Source: Gemmatimonas sp. (GTDB lineage: Bacteria; Gemmatimonadota; Gemmatimonadetes; Gemmatimonadales; Gemmatimonadaceae). Taken from it: DNA of 64,000 nt. Within the stretch, counting starts at the first letter, position 1. Each line of letters opens with the position of its first letter. Below the pieces are notes generated by a model. The model made no database searches and was not told the DNA's origin. It worked only from the letters and a program-made list of their open reading frames with translations. The stretch covers positions 800,001 through 864,000 of the forward strand of contig OZ257156.1 of assembly GCA_965279375.1 (NCBI GenBank), written 5' to 3'. A program made the translations under genes and the position numbers. This document shows, piece after piece, positions 10,285-21,300 of this stretch.

Positions 10285-12347
10285 GACTGCTCCGTGCGAG
10301 AAGTGCTGCGTGCGTCGAGCAGGGCGTCGAGTGCATCCGGCTCGTTGGAGGGCCGAGCGGTCTTTCCGCGCGTTGGGCGCCCCGGCACGGCGATCGTCAC
10401 CGGCCGTGTCGTGGTCTTGAGCACGTCTGCGGTCACGGTGGCGACGGTGTCGTTGAGCGCCGATTTGAGCGACAGCTGCGCCGCCTGATCGAAGCCGCTG
10501 TCCTTGGCCAACGGCACCGGCTGTTCGCCGAGTGCAGCGATCACGCCGATGCTGTCCGCGCGCTTGCGCAGCTGCGCCGCATCGAAGCCAAAGCCCATGG
10601 CGATCACATCGTCGATGTTTCCCGTCACGTAGTTCAGCGGGCGACCAGGGTCGGCGAGCGGTCGACTTGGTGCCAGCGTCTTGGATGGATCGACGGCCGC
10701 CTTGAGCACCAGCTCGCGGCCGAGGAGATGACCGAGATCGCCCACCGTGGTCGGTGCGGGCGCCGTCGACACGTCCTTGAGCGCAAGCGCAGCCAACTCG
10801 GCGGCACGTGCCGCACCAAACGCCTCCTGCCGCCAGCGCATCAGCCCTGATACGATCGACGGCTGCGACAGTGCGAGCAGTCGACCGATCTCGAAGGCAC
10901 TCGCCAGCGAGAGATCTTCGCGACCGTCGGGCACCACGCGGCGAAGCTGATCGCTGGTGTGCGCGAGCGTGGGAGCAGTCGTACCCGGCTCATCGCGTTC
11001 GGTGGGTTGCGGCGTACACGGGCCACGATACCACGCGCGCAGCGACTCACCGCGACGCGAGAGATAGTCGAGCCCGATATGTCCCGTCTCCGTGCCCTCG
11101 GGATCCGGACGCGACGGCGGTGGTGGCGGTGGCGCGCTGCCTGCGTTGGTGGGCAGGCAGTCCGGGCGCGGTGCGGCGGTGGGATCGGCCGGCAGCGTGC
11201 CGAGCAGCCCCACATCGAGTCCCTGCATCAACGTTTCGAACGATCCCGCGCCCGTGCACGCGAACGACCAGTACGCGAGCACCGGAAAGCGGTATGTGGG
11301 CTCCAGCACCGCCAGCTCAACGCCGACCCGCCAATCCGCGCTCATGACGTCGCGTGCCACGCGCGACGCGTCGGTGGGTGACGCTGCGACCGCGGACTCC
11401 ACCTGCTGCGCCGTGTAGGTCCACTGCGACGCACGCGTCGACGTCGCGCGCCCCGACGGCGGTGCGCTCTGCGGCGCAGCAGCGGCACTCGACGCCGCGG
11501 CAGTCGCATTCGTTGCAGCGGCGGTCCGCGCATTCACGCGGGCGATCGGTTGTGCGGCGAGTGCTGCCGACGGCCGCGCGATGCCGGTGCCCATCGCGCG
11601 GGTGTCCGCGTTCGTCGCCACGGCGGCCTGACTGAGTCGCAGATCCTGCACCACGAGATCGCTGCGAAAGAAGTCGGTGAAGGGCAGCGAGGGAGGCGGC
11701 AGCACGTCCAGCTGTCCTTCGAGATTGATCAGGCAGGCGAGGTAGCGCACCGGCGCACAGTTGGCGCGATCGAATTGCGGCAGACGGTTCGCCATGACGA
11801 CGGCCATGAAGCCATCGTCGTCGCCCATCGCCAGCTCGGTATCGGTGACATCCACTTCGCGCACGTGCGTGAGCAGCGCGAGATCGGACTTGGTGGGAAA
11901 GACCTTCTGCACGACTGTTCGTGACACGCCGAGGTAGACGCCCGTGGCCACATCGTTGGTGCCGGAGAGAACCACGCCCGGTGTGACGCACTGTGCGACT
12001 GGCACTTCGGCGGAGAGCTGTCCTTCCCCTTCGGCGATGAGGACCAGCGCAAGCCACGGCACGCCGCGATCGGCCGGATCGACGGCGCGCTCCCACGGCA
12101 ACGTGCGCCGCTTCAGCACGACCTGCGGCAACTTGGACTCGAACGCGCCTTCGGCGTTGGCCGGAGGAAACGTGGAGAGCAGCTGGTCCGCGGGCAGACG
12201 AAAGCGCGGCGAGGTGATGCGCAGATGCGCTTCGTACGGCGCGGTTGGCCCACCGGCGACCTGTTGCTCCCCCTCGAGCACGTAGTCGCCTGCAGTGAGT
12301 GGCGGAAGTGCGCTGCCGTGCAGCACGAAATGTCCGAGCGTTGGCAT
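10281..12347 (-). CDS. Conserved hypothetical protein, 688 aa (gene C of DUF6603 operon)
   Basis: Starts 3 nt after the giant gene's stop; FPPANAEG, RRTLPWER, PWLALVL, NRLP, WSFAC, WYRGP, AFEIGRLLAL; Ala- and Pro-rich linkers. Confidence 0.85.
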   Translation of the reverse strand: MPTLGHFVLHGSALPPLTAGDYVLEGEQQVAGGPTAPYEAHLRITSPRFRLPADQLLSTFPPANAEGAFESKLPQVVLKRRTLPWERAVDPADRGVPWLALVLIAEGEGQLSAEVPVAQCVTPGVVLSGTNDVATGVYLGVSRTVVQKVFPTKSDLALLTHVREVDVTDTELAMGDDDGFMAVVMANRLPQFDRANCAPVRYLACLINLEGQLDVLPPPSLPFTDFFRSDLVVQDLRLSQAAVATNADTRAMGTGIARPSAALAAQPIARVNARTAAATNATAAASSAAAAPQSAPPSGRATSTRASQWTYTAQQVESAVAASPTDASRVARDVMSADWRVGVELAVLEPTYRFPVLAYWSFACTGAGSFETLMQGLDVGLLGTLPADPTAAPRPDCLPTNAGSAPPPPPPSRPDPEGTETGHIGLDYLSRRGESLRAWYRGPCTPQPTERDEPGTTAPTLAHTSDQLRRVVPDGREDLSLASAFEIGRLLALSQPSIVSGLMRWRQEAFGAARAAELAALALKDVSTAPAPTTVGDLGHLLGRELVLKAAVDPSKTLAPSRPLADPGRPLNYVTGNIDDVIAMGFGFDAAQLRKRADSIGVIAALGEQPVPLAKDSGFDQAAQLSLKSALNDTVATVTADVLKTTTRPVTIAVPGRPTRGKTARPSNEPDALDALLDARSTSRTEQS

Positions 12348-12350
12348 GGA

Positions 12351-15300
12351 TCAGCGTTTCGGTGAAGGGGCGCGCTTGGCGACTTTCTTGGCGGACTTCT
12401 TAGCGGATGTCTCAGCGGCCTTCTTGACCGCAGTCTTGGCGGGTTTCTTGGGCGTCTTGCCGCGCACCGGGGTGCGATTCGTGTTGCGACCGGCGATCCA
12501 GCTCAGCGAGATCGTGCCGGTTCCCTGATCGGTGAGCGGTCGCACCAGCGCATCGAGGCCGGCACGTGCGAAGCGCTCTGCCACATCGGCGGCACCGTCG
12601 CTGCTTCCCAGCACTCCCACCAGACGCACGCCGGGTTGCTGGCCGATGGACACGGTGACGGCGGCACCCTTGGGCGCGGCGGGATCGGCGGTGACGGCGT
12701 AGACCAGCGCCGAGCGATTGCCGATGGAAACGACGATGGGTGGCAGTGGCGTGCCGCGCGCGTCGAGTGCGCGCCGCGCGTGTTGCAGCGTGAGTGCGAG
12801 ATCGCGCGCATGGTCGGTATCCACGAAATCATCGAGCACGATCGCGACCGTGCGAGGCGCGGCGGCAAAGCGCGTGTGCACGATGCCGCTTCCCTGCACC
12901 AGTTCTGCCGCGGGCACCCAGCCAGCACGGAAGCGCTGCCGCGTGCCACGCACCCGCGAGCCTTCCGCGTGCACCACGACTCCGGATGCGATGGACGACG
13001 ACCAACCGATGTACGGAAGCTCACTGCCGCTGTGCCATCCGGACATGCCCGGCGCCGGCCCCGACGATTTCCCCTGCGCCACCACAATCAGACGTTCCGT
13101 GCCAACCGGTACGGTCACGACGGTGGTCGACGCATCGTCACGCAGCACCTCACCGCCGAAGCCCATCGCGACGATGCGTGCCGTGCCGCCGGCGATCGCG
13201 AGCTGCGGTCTCGGCGCCTTGGGATCGAGATCGCGCAACGCATTGGGCAGTTCGAGAATCACCACCTCGCCAACCTGAACGATCGGACGGGTGGCCCGTC
13301 GACCCGGCGCACGCCCCAGCTCCGTGGTCAGTTCGGTTAACCGTGTGTTGCCATCGACCGGCGCACCGCGCACCGATACTGCCGCAGTCCCGCCGCGCGC
13401 CGCACGAGTGAGCGGAACGGGGCCGGTGGCACCGATCGAGCGTCCCATCGTCGCGCCCGGTGCCGGCGTGCGCACCAGACGCGCCGCCACCGCCACCGGT
13501 ACCGCAGCCTGCGCCGACTCGACCGACGGCGCCGCCATGCGTACCGGCGTGCGGTCCTTCACGGTGGTGCGGGTGGGCGCGAACTCCATCTGCGCCATTG
13601 GTGTGAGCACAGCGATCGCGCGCGGTGGAGCGACGGTGGTGTCCACAGGCACCGTGGGCGCCGCCGGCGGGAACGTCACGATCGGCTCGGCGGCATCCGT
13701 TTCCGCGAGACCCTGCGTGAGCGTGCCGAGTCGCGGCGGCGATTGCCGTTCGCGCTCGATCGCCGCGAGTGCTGTCTTGCCCGTGCCACCGGCGGCGAGC
13801 CACGGTTTGGCCACGGCGTAGGTGCGCCGCGCGCCCGGTGCGTCGTTGGGAATCAACGCGGATACATCGCGTGCGGCGGTGATGAACGCCGGGCGCGACG
13901 CGGCGGCCGAGAGGAACGGCAGCGGTTTGCGTGGACCTGGCGGATCGATCTGGTTGTACGCGATCTCCTTGGGCAACGTCGCGTTCAGCGTGGCCTTCGA
14001 CTCGAAGCGGACGGCGTCGGTGGCTTTGATGACATTGCCGGTGGGGACCTTGCGATCGTCCATCGGTTGCGGTGGGCCCCACACGCCGATGGGGAACGAG
14101 CCTTGTGCCTGCACGTCCTTGGTGAGCTTGTCGAGGTGGCGCACGTTGCCCGCGCCCACCAGCGACAATGACAGCACCGCGTTGGACGCGCCGATGTTCA
14201 TGGGCGCGATGCCGAGCGTGCTGCTGGGTGCGCGATAGTCATCGACGCCTTCCACACGAACCGTGGCCGTCGGCACGAGCGTCGTGACGGTGATCTCGAA
14301 CTCGCTGTAGACCTCGAACGGGCGTGCGGCTGTGCCGTCCGCCGTGGCGGTATCCGTCGGGCCACCGGGTCCCGTGCCGGGAGGCAGTGCACCCTTGCCG
14401 GGAATCGCGGTGATGACGCGCGCCACACCCGGCGAAGCCGTCTCGAGATACTTGCCGACGAAATCGGCCCAGGAGATGTAGTTGTCGTCCGACTGGCTGT
14501 CGTCGCCGAAGGCGACCGTGAGTCCGATTGGCCCCACATCGAACGACACGGTGCCGTGGAACTCGGGGCCCATCACGTGGATGCTCGCGCCGCGCGACAG
14601 CGAGAACGAGATGTCGCCTAACCACGTGTCGATCGTCACGCCCGCTGAGATGCGCGCGTAGGCGTTCACGTCGTAGCGGAACGGATCGAAATAGACGATG
14701 CCGTCGGCGCCAAAGGTGACCGTGGCCCATGCCGCACCGAAATCGGCCGACGCCGTGAGCGATCCACCCGCCATCACCGCTTCGGAGGTCAGCGCGAAAT
14801 ACGCCTCACCCTTGATGGAGATGGAACTGCTCACACTCCACTGGAATCCGAGTCGCGGGACGATCGGATAGCCGTCGCGCTTGAAGCTCGGATGGTAGCC
14901 GCCGAGCGTGAGCACGAACTGCCCCGTGTTGGTCTCGCCGAACCAGATCACGAAGGCAAAGCCGCCGGTGAGTCGCACCGATTCGTGAAGGATCCACGAG
15001 TTATCGGTGAGCTGCGCCTGAATCCAGAGCACGCCCTCCTTTGTGGAGAAGCGCGCGATGAGTCCGAGTTCGATGGAGACTAGCGGGAACTGCGGCCGCG
15101 GCAGCGCCAGCCGCGCCAATCCGAGCAGCGCGATCTCGAGTCCGTCGCCGATCGCCACCGACACCACCGCAACGCCATCGACCAGTGCAAAGCTGGTGAA
15201 GCTGATACCGGCTGCGAACCAGAACTCCCCGGACTTCATCGGGAAGTAGGTGCGCAGCGACGCGAGCTCCGCCATCGGATCTGTCGATGGCTGGGCGGCC

Positions 15301-18300
15301 GGATCGAGTGCCTTGATGAATGGGAACTCGCCGAAGGTGGACAGATCCGACGGGAAGGTCAGCCCGCGATTGATGCCGAGTCCACCACCGATACCCGTGA
15401 GGAAGAAGGCCGGTGGTCCACCGATCGGGCCGTTGATCGCGCCGAAGGCGAAGAACGACGCGAAGCTCGAGCCATCGCTGGCCACACCGGTGCCGTAGCC
15501 GCCGTACACGGACAGTCCGTACACAGCGAAGCGCGCGGCGAGCATGCCGATGTACTCGATCGACGTCCCGTCCTCGAACTTGCGCAGTCCGCCTGCGAGC
15601 GTGATGCCGGCGAGATCGGCGTTGACCGCGAAGCCCGCAACATCCACTGCCCAGCGCCCCGGATCGAACACATTCGCGTTCGACGCCACCGTGAACGTCA
15701 GCTGCAGATCGTCCACCGCCGCGGTGAGTCCCAACAGCGATACGCGCCCATCCAGCAGCAGCGAGATCTTCTGCAGCTGTTGCTGCGTGGCGACGACTCC
15801 GACACCGACCTGTTCGATGTATACGGGGCCAAAGCCCTTCTGGATCGCGACCCACCACGGGCCACTGCCTTCACCGGCGCTGAGTGAGATGAGCACGGCA
15901 TCGCTGCCATGCTTTTGCACCGCAAGCGCGGGGCTGAACGCGGGCGCCAGCTTCGTGCTGCCCGAGTTGGCGTCCTTCATGATTCCTTGCGCGACGGGAT
16001 TGCCGCCTTGCGCACCGGCCACCGCCACCGCGAGCTCGCTGAACTGCAGCTGCACTCCACCGGACAGTCGTCCGTCCGTCTCCACTTCGCCGTAGAGATG
16101 CGCCGCGATCGAGCCGAGCGTGATGACGCTGTCCAGCAGCGGCCCGCTGGTCTTGCCCACGCGTATGCCGATGCCGTTACAGGCAAAGGCCGGCGCGAAC
16201 ACGGGCACGGCGCCGCCAACATCGAGCACGGTGAGTTCGAGTCCCGCGGGTGGCTCGCCCTGAATCCAGCGCGAGTCTGCTTCGAGTGACACGGCGAAAT
16301 CGCCGGCGGGGAAATCGTGCCGCGCCGTGATGCCGAGCGTGAGCTTGACCTCGTCGAGCTCCTTGAGCACACCCACGGTTAAACCGCCGCTCAGTGCGAT
16401 CGACGGACCCGTCTCCGCGAAGTTGAGCGCCAGTCGCAGCATGCGTTGCAGCAGTGCGGCGGGATCGAAGAGATCCGGATCGAGCGCCGCAGGATTGGCG
16501 ACATCTTCCAGCACCACACCACGCAGCACGTCGCGCACCGTGCCACTGCCCACCGCGTTGGCCAGCAACTGCTGCATCGTTGGCGTGTCGATGGCAAACG
16601 TGGCCACCAGATCGAGCAGCTCCTCCAGCATCGCGAGGGCAACATCCTCGGCGTCGGTCGAGTTGCCATCGACTGCAACGAGCGTGAAGGTGCTGCCCAG
16701 ATTCCAGCGCGCCGCGAAGCCCGACGTCATCGCCGCATCGCTGGCGAGCCCCACCTCGATGCGACGGCCGCCACTGGGTGAAGCGCCGACCGCGATCGTG
16801 GCGAACGGACGAATGTCCAAACCACCGGCGTCGATCGTGGCGGGACCGATCGTCGATTCAAGCGCCGCGAGCCCGCTCGCGTCGAGCGTGATCGCTGCCG
16901 TGATCGTGTTGACGGTGGGAATGCCGGTGACGGTGCCGCCCAGCGTGAAGCGGAACGGCGACGGACGCCACGTCAGCGAGAGTTCGCGCACGGTGACCGT
17001 AAGCATGCCGCCCGCGACGGTCGCGGTACTGGCCGTCGGCAGCAGCGGACGCACGGCGGTCGCGATCGACTGCAACGCCGTGGTCGTCAGCGTGGGCAAC
17101 GCGGCGATGAGTTGACCGGCGGGATCGGCGGCCCACGCCGTCAGACGCGCGCCATCGAACGCCAGCGGCGTGCCGCGCCGCAGGTCGAGCGCATCGCCGA
17201 TCGCGCGCACCACGGCTCCGGCGTTCCCTGCGAGATTGGTGCCGGTCTCCGCCGCCAACGCGTCGAGTACCACCGGCAGCGCCTGACTCACCGCCGCTTG
17301 CGCCAACGCCGCGAGACCGGGCGGATTTGGATAGAGCGGCAGATCCGCGCCAACATCGGGGCGAATGAACAGCTGCACGCCGCCGTTCAACGCGACGTGC
17401 ACCGCCGACCGGCCGGTCGTGGCACCGGCCAGCCCGACAAACGCGTCGATCGCTGGCGTCGGCGCACCGTCGGTGCGCAGCGTGAGTCCAATCGTGCCGC
17501 CGGCCACCAATCGACCCGTTGCCGCCACCGGCGAGGCGAACGCGCTCGTATCGATCGACAGCGCGAGACGCAGCGCACCGCTTTGCGCACTGGCCGTCAC
17601 CGAGACTCCCGTCCCCAGCGTCCACGTGCCCGGCGGGCCGCTCAGACCGGTGAGAGGCTTCACGGCGTCGAGCAGCGCGATCGCCCGCGCCGGGTCGATG
17701 CCGCCGCTGCTTCCGCCAAGCGATCCGCGATGCGTGAACCACCCGACGGCATCGCGCACCATGCCCGCTGGCAACAGCACGCGCCGATTGCCGATCGCAT
17801 CGATCGTATCGAGCAATCCCATGACGTCGAGCGCGGCATCGATCAGTCCGCGAGCCGTTTCGTCGAGCCGGCGCAGGAACTCGAGCCCCGCCCGCGCACA
17901 CTCACCGGGGAGCAGCTGCGCCAGGGCGCGCGTCAGCCCCGACACGTCCGGCGTTGGCCACAGCGCGTACACCGCCGGCGCCACGCCACCGGCCGCGTGC
18001 CACTCGAGCGATGCGCGCAACGGTGCGTTGTCCACGCGCACCAGCACACCGCCGGCGGCAGAAATGCCTGTACTGCCCAGTGTGAACGATGCCGTGACAA
18101 CGCCCGTGCCGGTGGCGGTGATGTCCGCCGTGGCGCTCACCATCCCTTCGGCGCCCGGCGTGCTGCTCGTCTGCAGGCGCACCGTGCGTGCCTGCAGATC
18201 CACCGTGACGCCAGGAATTGCTGACAGCAGCGCCTGCACACCCGACGCGAGCTGCACCTGTCGCGCTGCGTCGGCGAGCGCATCGGATACATGCAGCGCC

Positions 18301-21300
18301 GTGTCGTGCAGCAGATGATCGATGCCATCGGGAATCGACGCGCCGCTTGCATCGAGCACACCCAAGCCGATGAGCGCATCGCGCACCGCCGCAATCGCCG
18401 GCGTACCGACAGCCGCCGCTTGCAACTGCTCGGCGACCAGCGACATCAACACGCGCACTTCAGGTAGCGCCGGAGTGGTGACATCGCTGCCGACCGCACC
18501 GCCGTCCGCGCGAATGACCCAACGCTCGCGCGAGATGCCGAACACCGTCGGCTCATGCAGCACGATCTCCGCGTCGGCGTCGCCTGCCCCCAACGGCAAC
18601 ACCACCGTCGCCGACACCCAGCGCAACTCCGCCGGCGGTGGCGCATCGATGCCATTGGGGCCACCGGAGAGCCAGCCGTCGGGGCGACGGATGGCCAGAC
18701 GCACGGTTACCGAGCGCGCCGTGCTGACGGTTGGCACCGGCGCGCCCTGATCGGCGCCAACGAGTTCGACCAGCACCGATCCGGTTACAGCCAACGACGC
18801 GGACTGCACCGACAGCGGCAGGTACATGCCGCCGCGAATACCGGTCACCGTCGCGCGTGGTAGCGCCGCGCGCGCCACGGCGCGCCCTGCCATCCCCGAC
18901 GCCACGATGGACGTGACGGCTCGGAAAACGCGCGCAGCGCTCAACACACCGAAGACCGCGTGCACCGCGAGCCCGATACGCGGTACGGTTGGCACCACAG
19001 GCGGACGCAGTTCCACGGCTGGATCCGGCAGCGGCAGCAGCGCCACCAGGCCGTCCACCAGGTCTCGACCGCAGGCGAGGTCGGCATCGTCAGGCTCTGC
19101 CGCGTCCAGTGCGGGCAACAGGCAGCGCAGCAGACGCAACGCATCGCCGGAGACGGCATCGTCGATAACGGTGAACGACACCGGCGAGAACGCCGTCCCG
19201 ATCGTCACCACCGCCGTCACGAACGCCATCGCATTCGCTGCCACTACCGTGGCGTGACCGGCGCCCTCCACGGCAACGATCGCTACGGGAACGCCGAGCG
19301 CGGCAAAGGGCGCCAGCACGCGCTGCAGACGCGCGCTCTGTCCTGACACGCCGTCCGCGTCGCCCACCGCGAGTCGGCACGCGGCGCGCCCACCCAACGC
19401 GACAAACCACTCGCCCGTCGCGGCGATCGGAAGCGCAAACGCATCGGGCGCGAGCGCGGCCACGCGCAGATCGATGATGCGATTGGCCGGAGCCGTTGGC
19501 CACGGCAACGCTTCGCCGGTGGACAGCACCGCCACGTGCACGACGACATCGGGGGTTAAACCCAATAAGGTCGAGACATCGACCGATGCAGCGAGAGCCG
19601 TGCGCGACACCTCATCGATGCGGTGGACTGTGACACCGGACGGATCGACGGTCGGAGGCACGATTCGACCGTCGCCGCCGATCCAGCGTTCCGTCAGCAG
19701 CGACAGCCCCGCCGCGATGGCGGTGCGACCGGCCGTGAGATCGGCGACATCACGTGCGATCGTTGCTTCCTCGAGCAGCGCCGTCTCCAACTGCAGCGGC
19801 GAGAGTCCGTCGCGCCCCGGGCGCCAGCTGCGCACATCGTCGGGGGCGAGCGAGATGTCGCCGGCCGGACCGTTGGGCACGAGCCAGGTGGCCAACGCCG
19901 GTGCGTTGTCGGCGGCCAGCAGCGACATGCGCCACGGGTCGAGCGGCGTGCCTTCGCCTTCCCACCGTCCGGTCGCGGTGGCAGAGCCACTGATCGCCTG
20001 CGCGAGTGCACGAATGGCCTGCGTGAATTCGCCCGCGTCGTCGAACGCGAGCGCGGCCAGCCACGCGATGACGCTGTCCCTCGGCGACGTGACGAGGTCG
20101 GCGAGGCGCAATCGCGGTCGATCTCCGCCATCGATGGCACTGGCCCAGCCGAGCGTGTCCACGAGGCGCTGCACCCACGACACCGGTGCGGTGTGCGCCA
20201 GCAGCGCGAGCAACCGCTCCACGCCATCCCAGCCGTCGGCGTCGAGCGTGATGTTGCCGGCCGCGTCGAACACGGGCAGCACCACCGGGATCTCCACGCC
20301 GTCGATGCTCGCCGCGAGATTGGGCGTGAGCACATCCACCCCAAAGCCACTGGCCGGACGCCAACGCATCCGCAGTCCCACATGATCTGCCGACAGCGTG
20401 ACCGGCCCTGTCGAGACGAACGCGCGCGCACGACCGCGCGCACGCGCCACCAGCGACAGATCAGCGCCGGGCAGCAACAGCGCGCTTCGCGCCGCGAGAT
20501 CCAGCTCGGCGATGGTCACCGCAATCGCCGTCTCCACGCGTGTGCAGCCGTTGCCCAGCGTATCCATCACATACGACGCAGCCCACGCGAGATGCAGCGT
20601 GGAATTTCCGGCGGTGGTCCATACGTTGATCGTGATCGGCCCAACGATCGGCACGCGCCAGGGATCCGCCTCCGTGCCCGAGCCAGCGATGCCGGTGACG
20701 ACACGCGTCGCATCCGCCAGCAGATCGCGCAATGTTGCCAGAATGTCCGGTACCGCGGCCGCATGATCCTGCAGCAATCCGAGCCAGTACTCGCGTACGG
20801 CGTGCATCGGATCGGTGAGGAAGGCCTGCAGATCGAGCAGTGTGACGCCCGGATCTGACGGTGGTGCCTGCACACCGATCAACAGACTGATCGCGTTGCC
20901 AGCGGGGCCGAGTGCTGCGAGCAGATCGGTCACCACCGACGCGATCACCGTGCCCGCGACTTCAGCGATAGTATCTGGCGTGGTGAGGTCGAGCGTCGCG
21001 TAGCTGTTGCCCGCGATCACCACGCCATCGGCCGCGAGCAGGAACGTCGGACGACGCGCCGCGTCGAGCGCGAGTCCCGCGCGCAGCGTATCCACCTGCG
21101 GATCGCCAGTGAGCAGGCGCGTGCCGCTGCCGTCGAGTTGCCGCCCGAGCTGCAGATACGCGCTCAGCTTGGGGAGCGCGATTGACGACATGGCGGTGAG
21201 ATCGAGTCGCAGCAGCTCCGCGTCGATGCGCGCGTGCGCGCTGGAATTCGCCACCACGACGCACGACAGGATCGGTGTGACGAGCACCTCGCCACCCACA

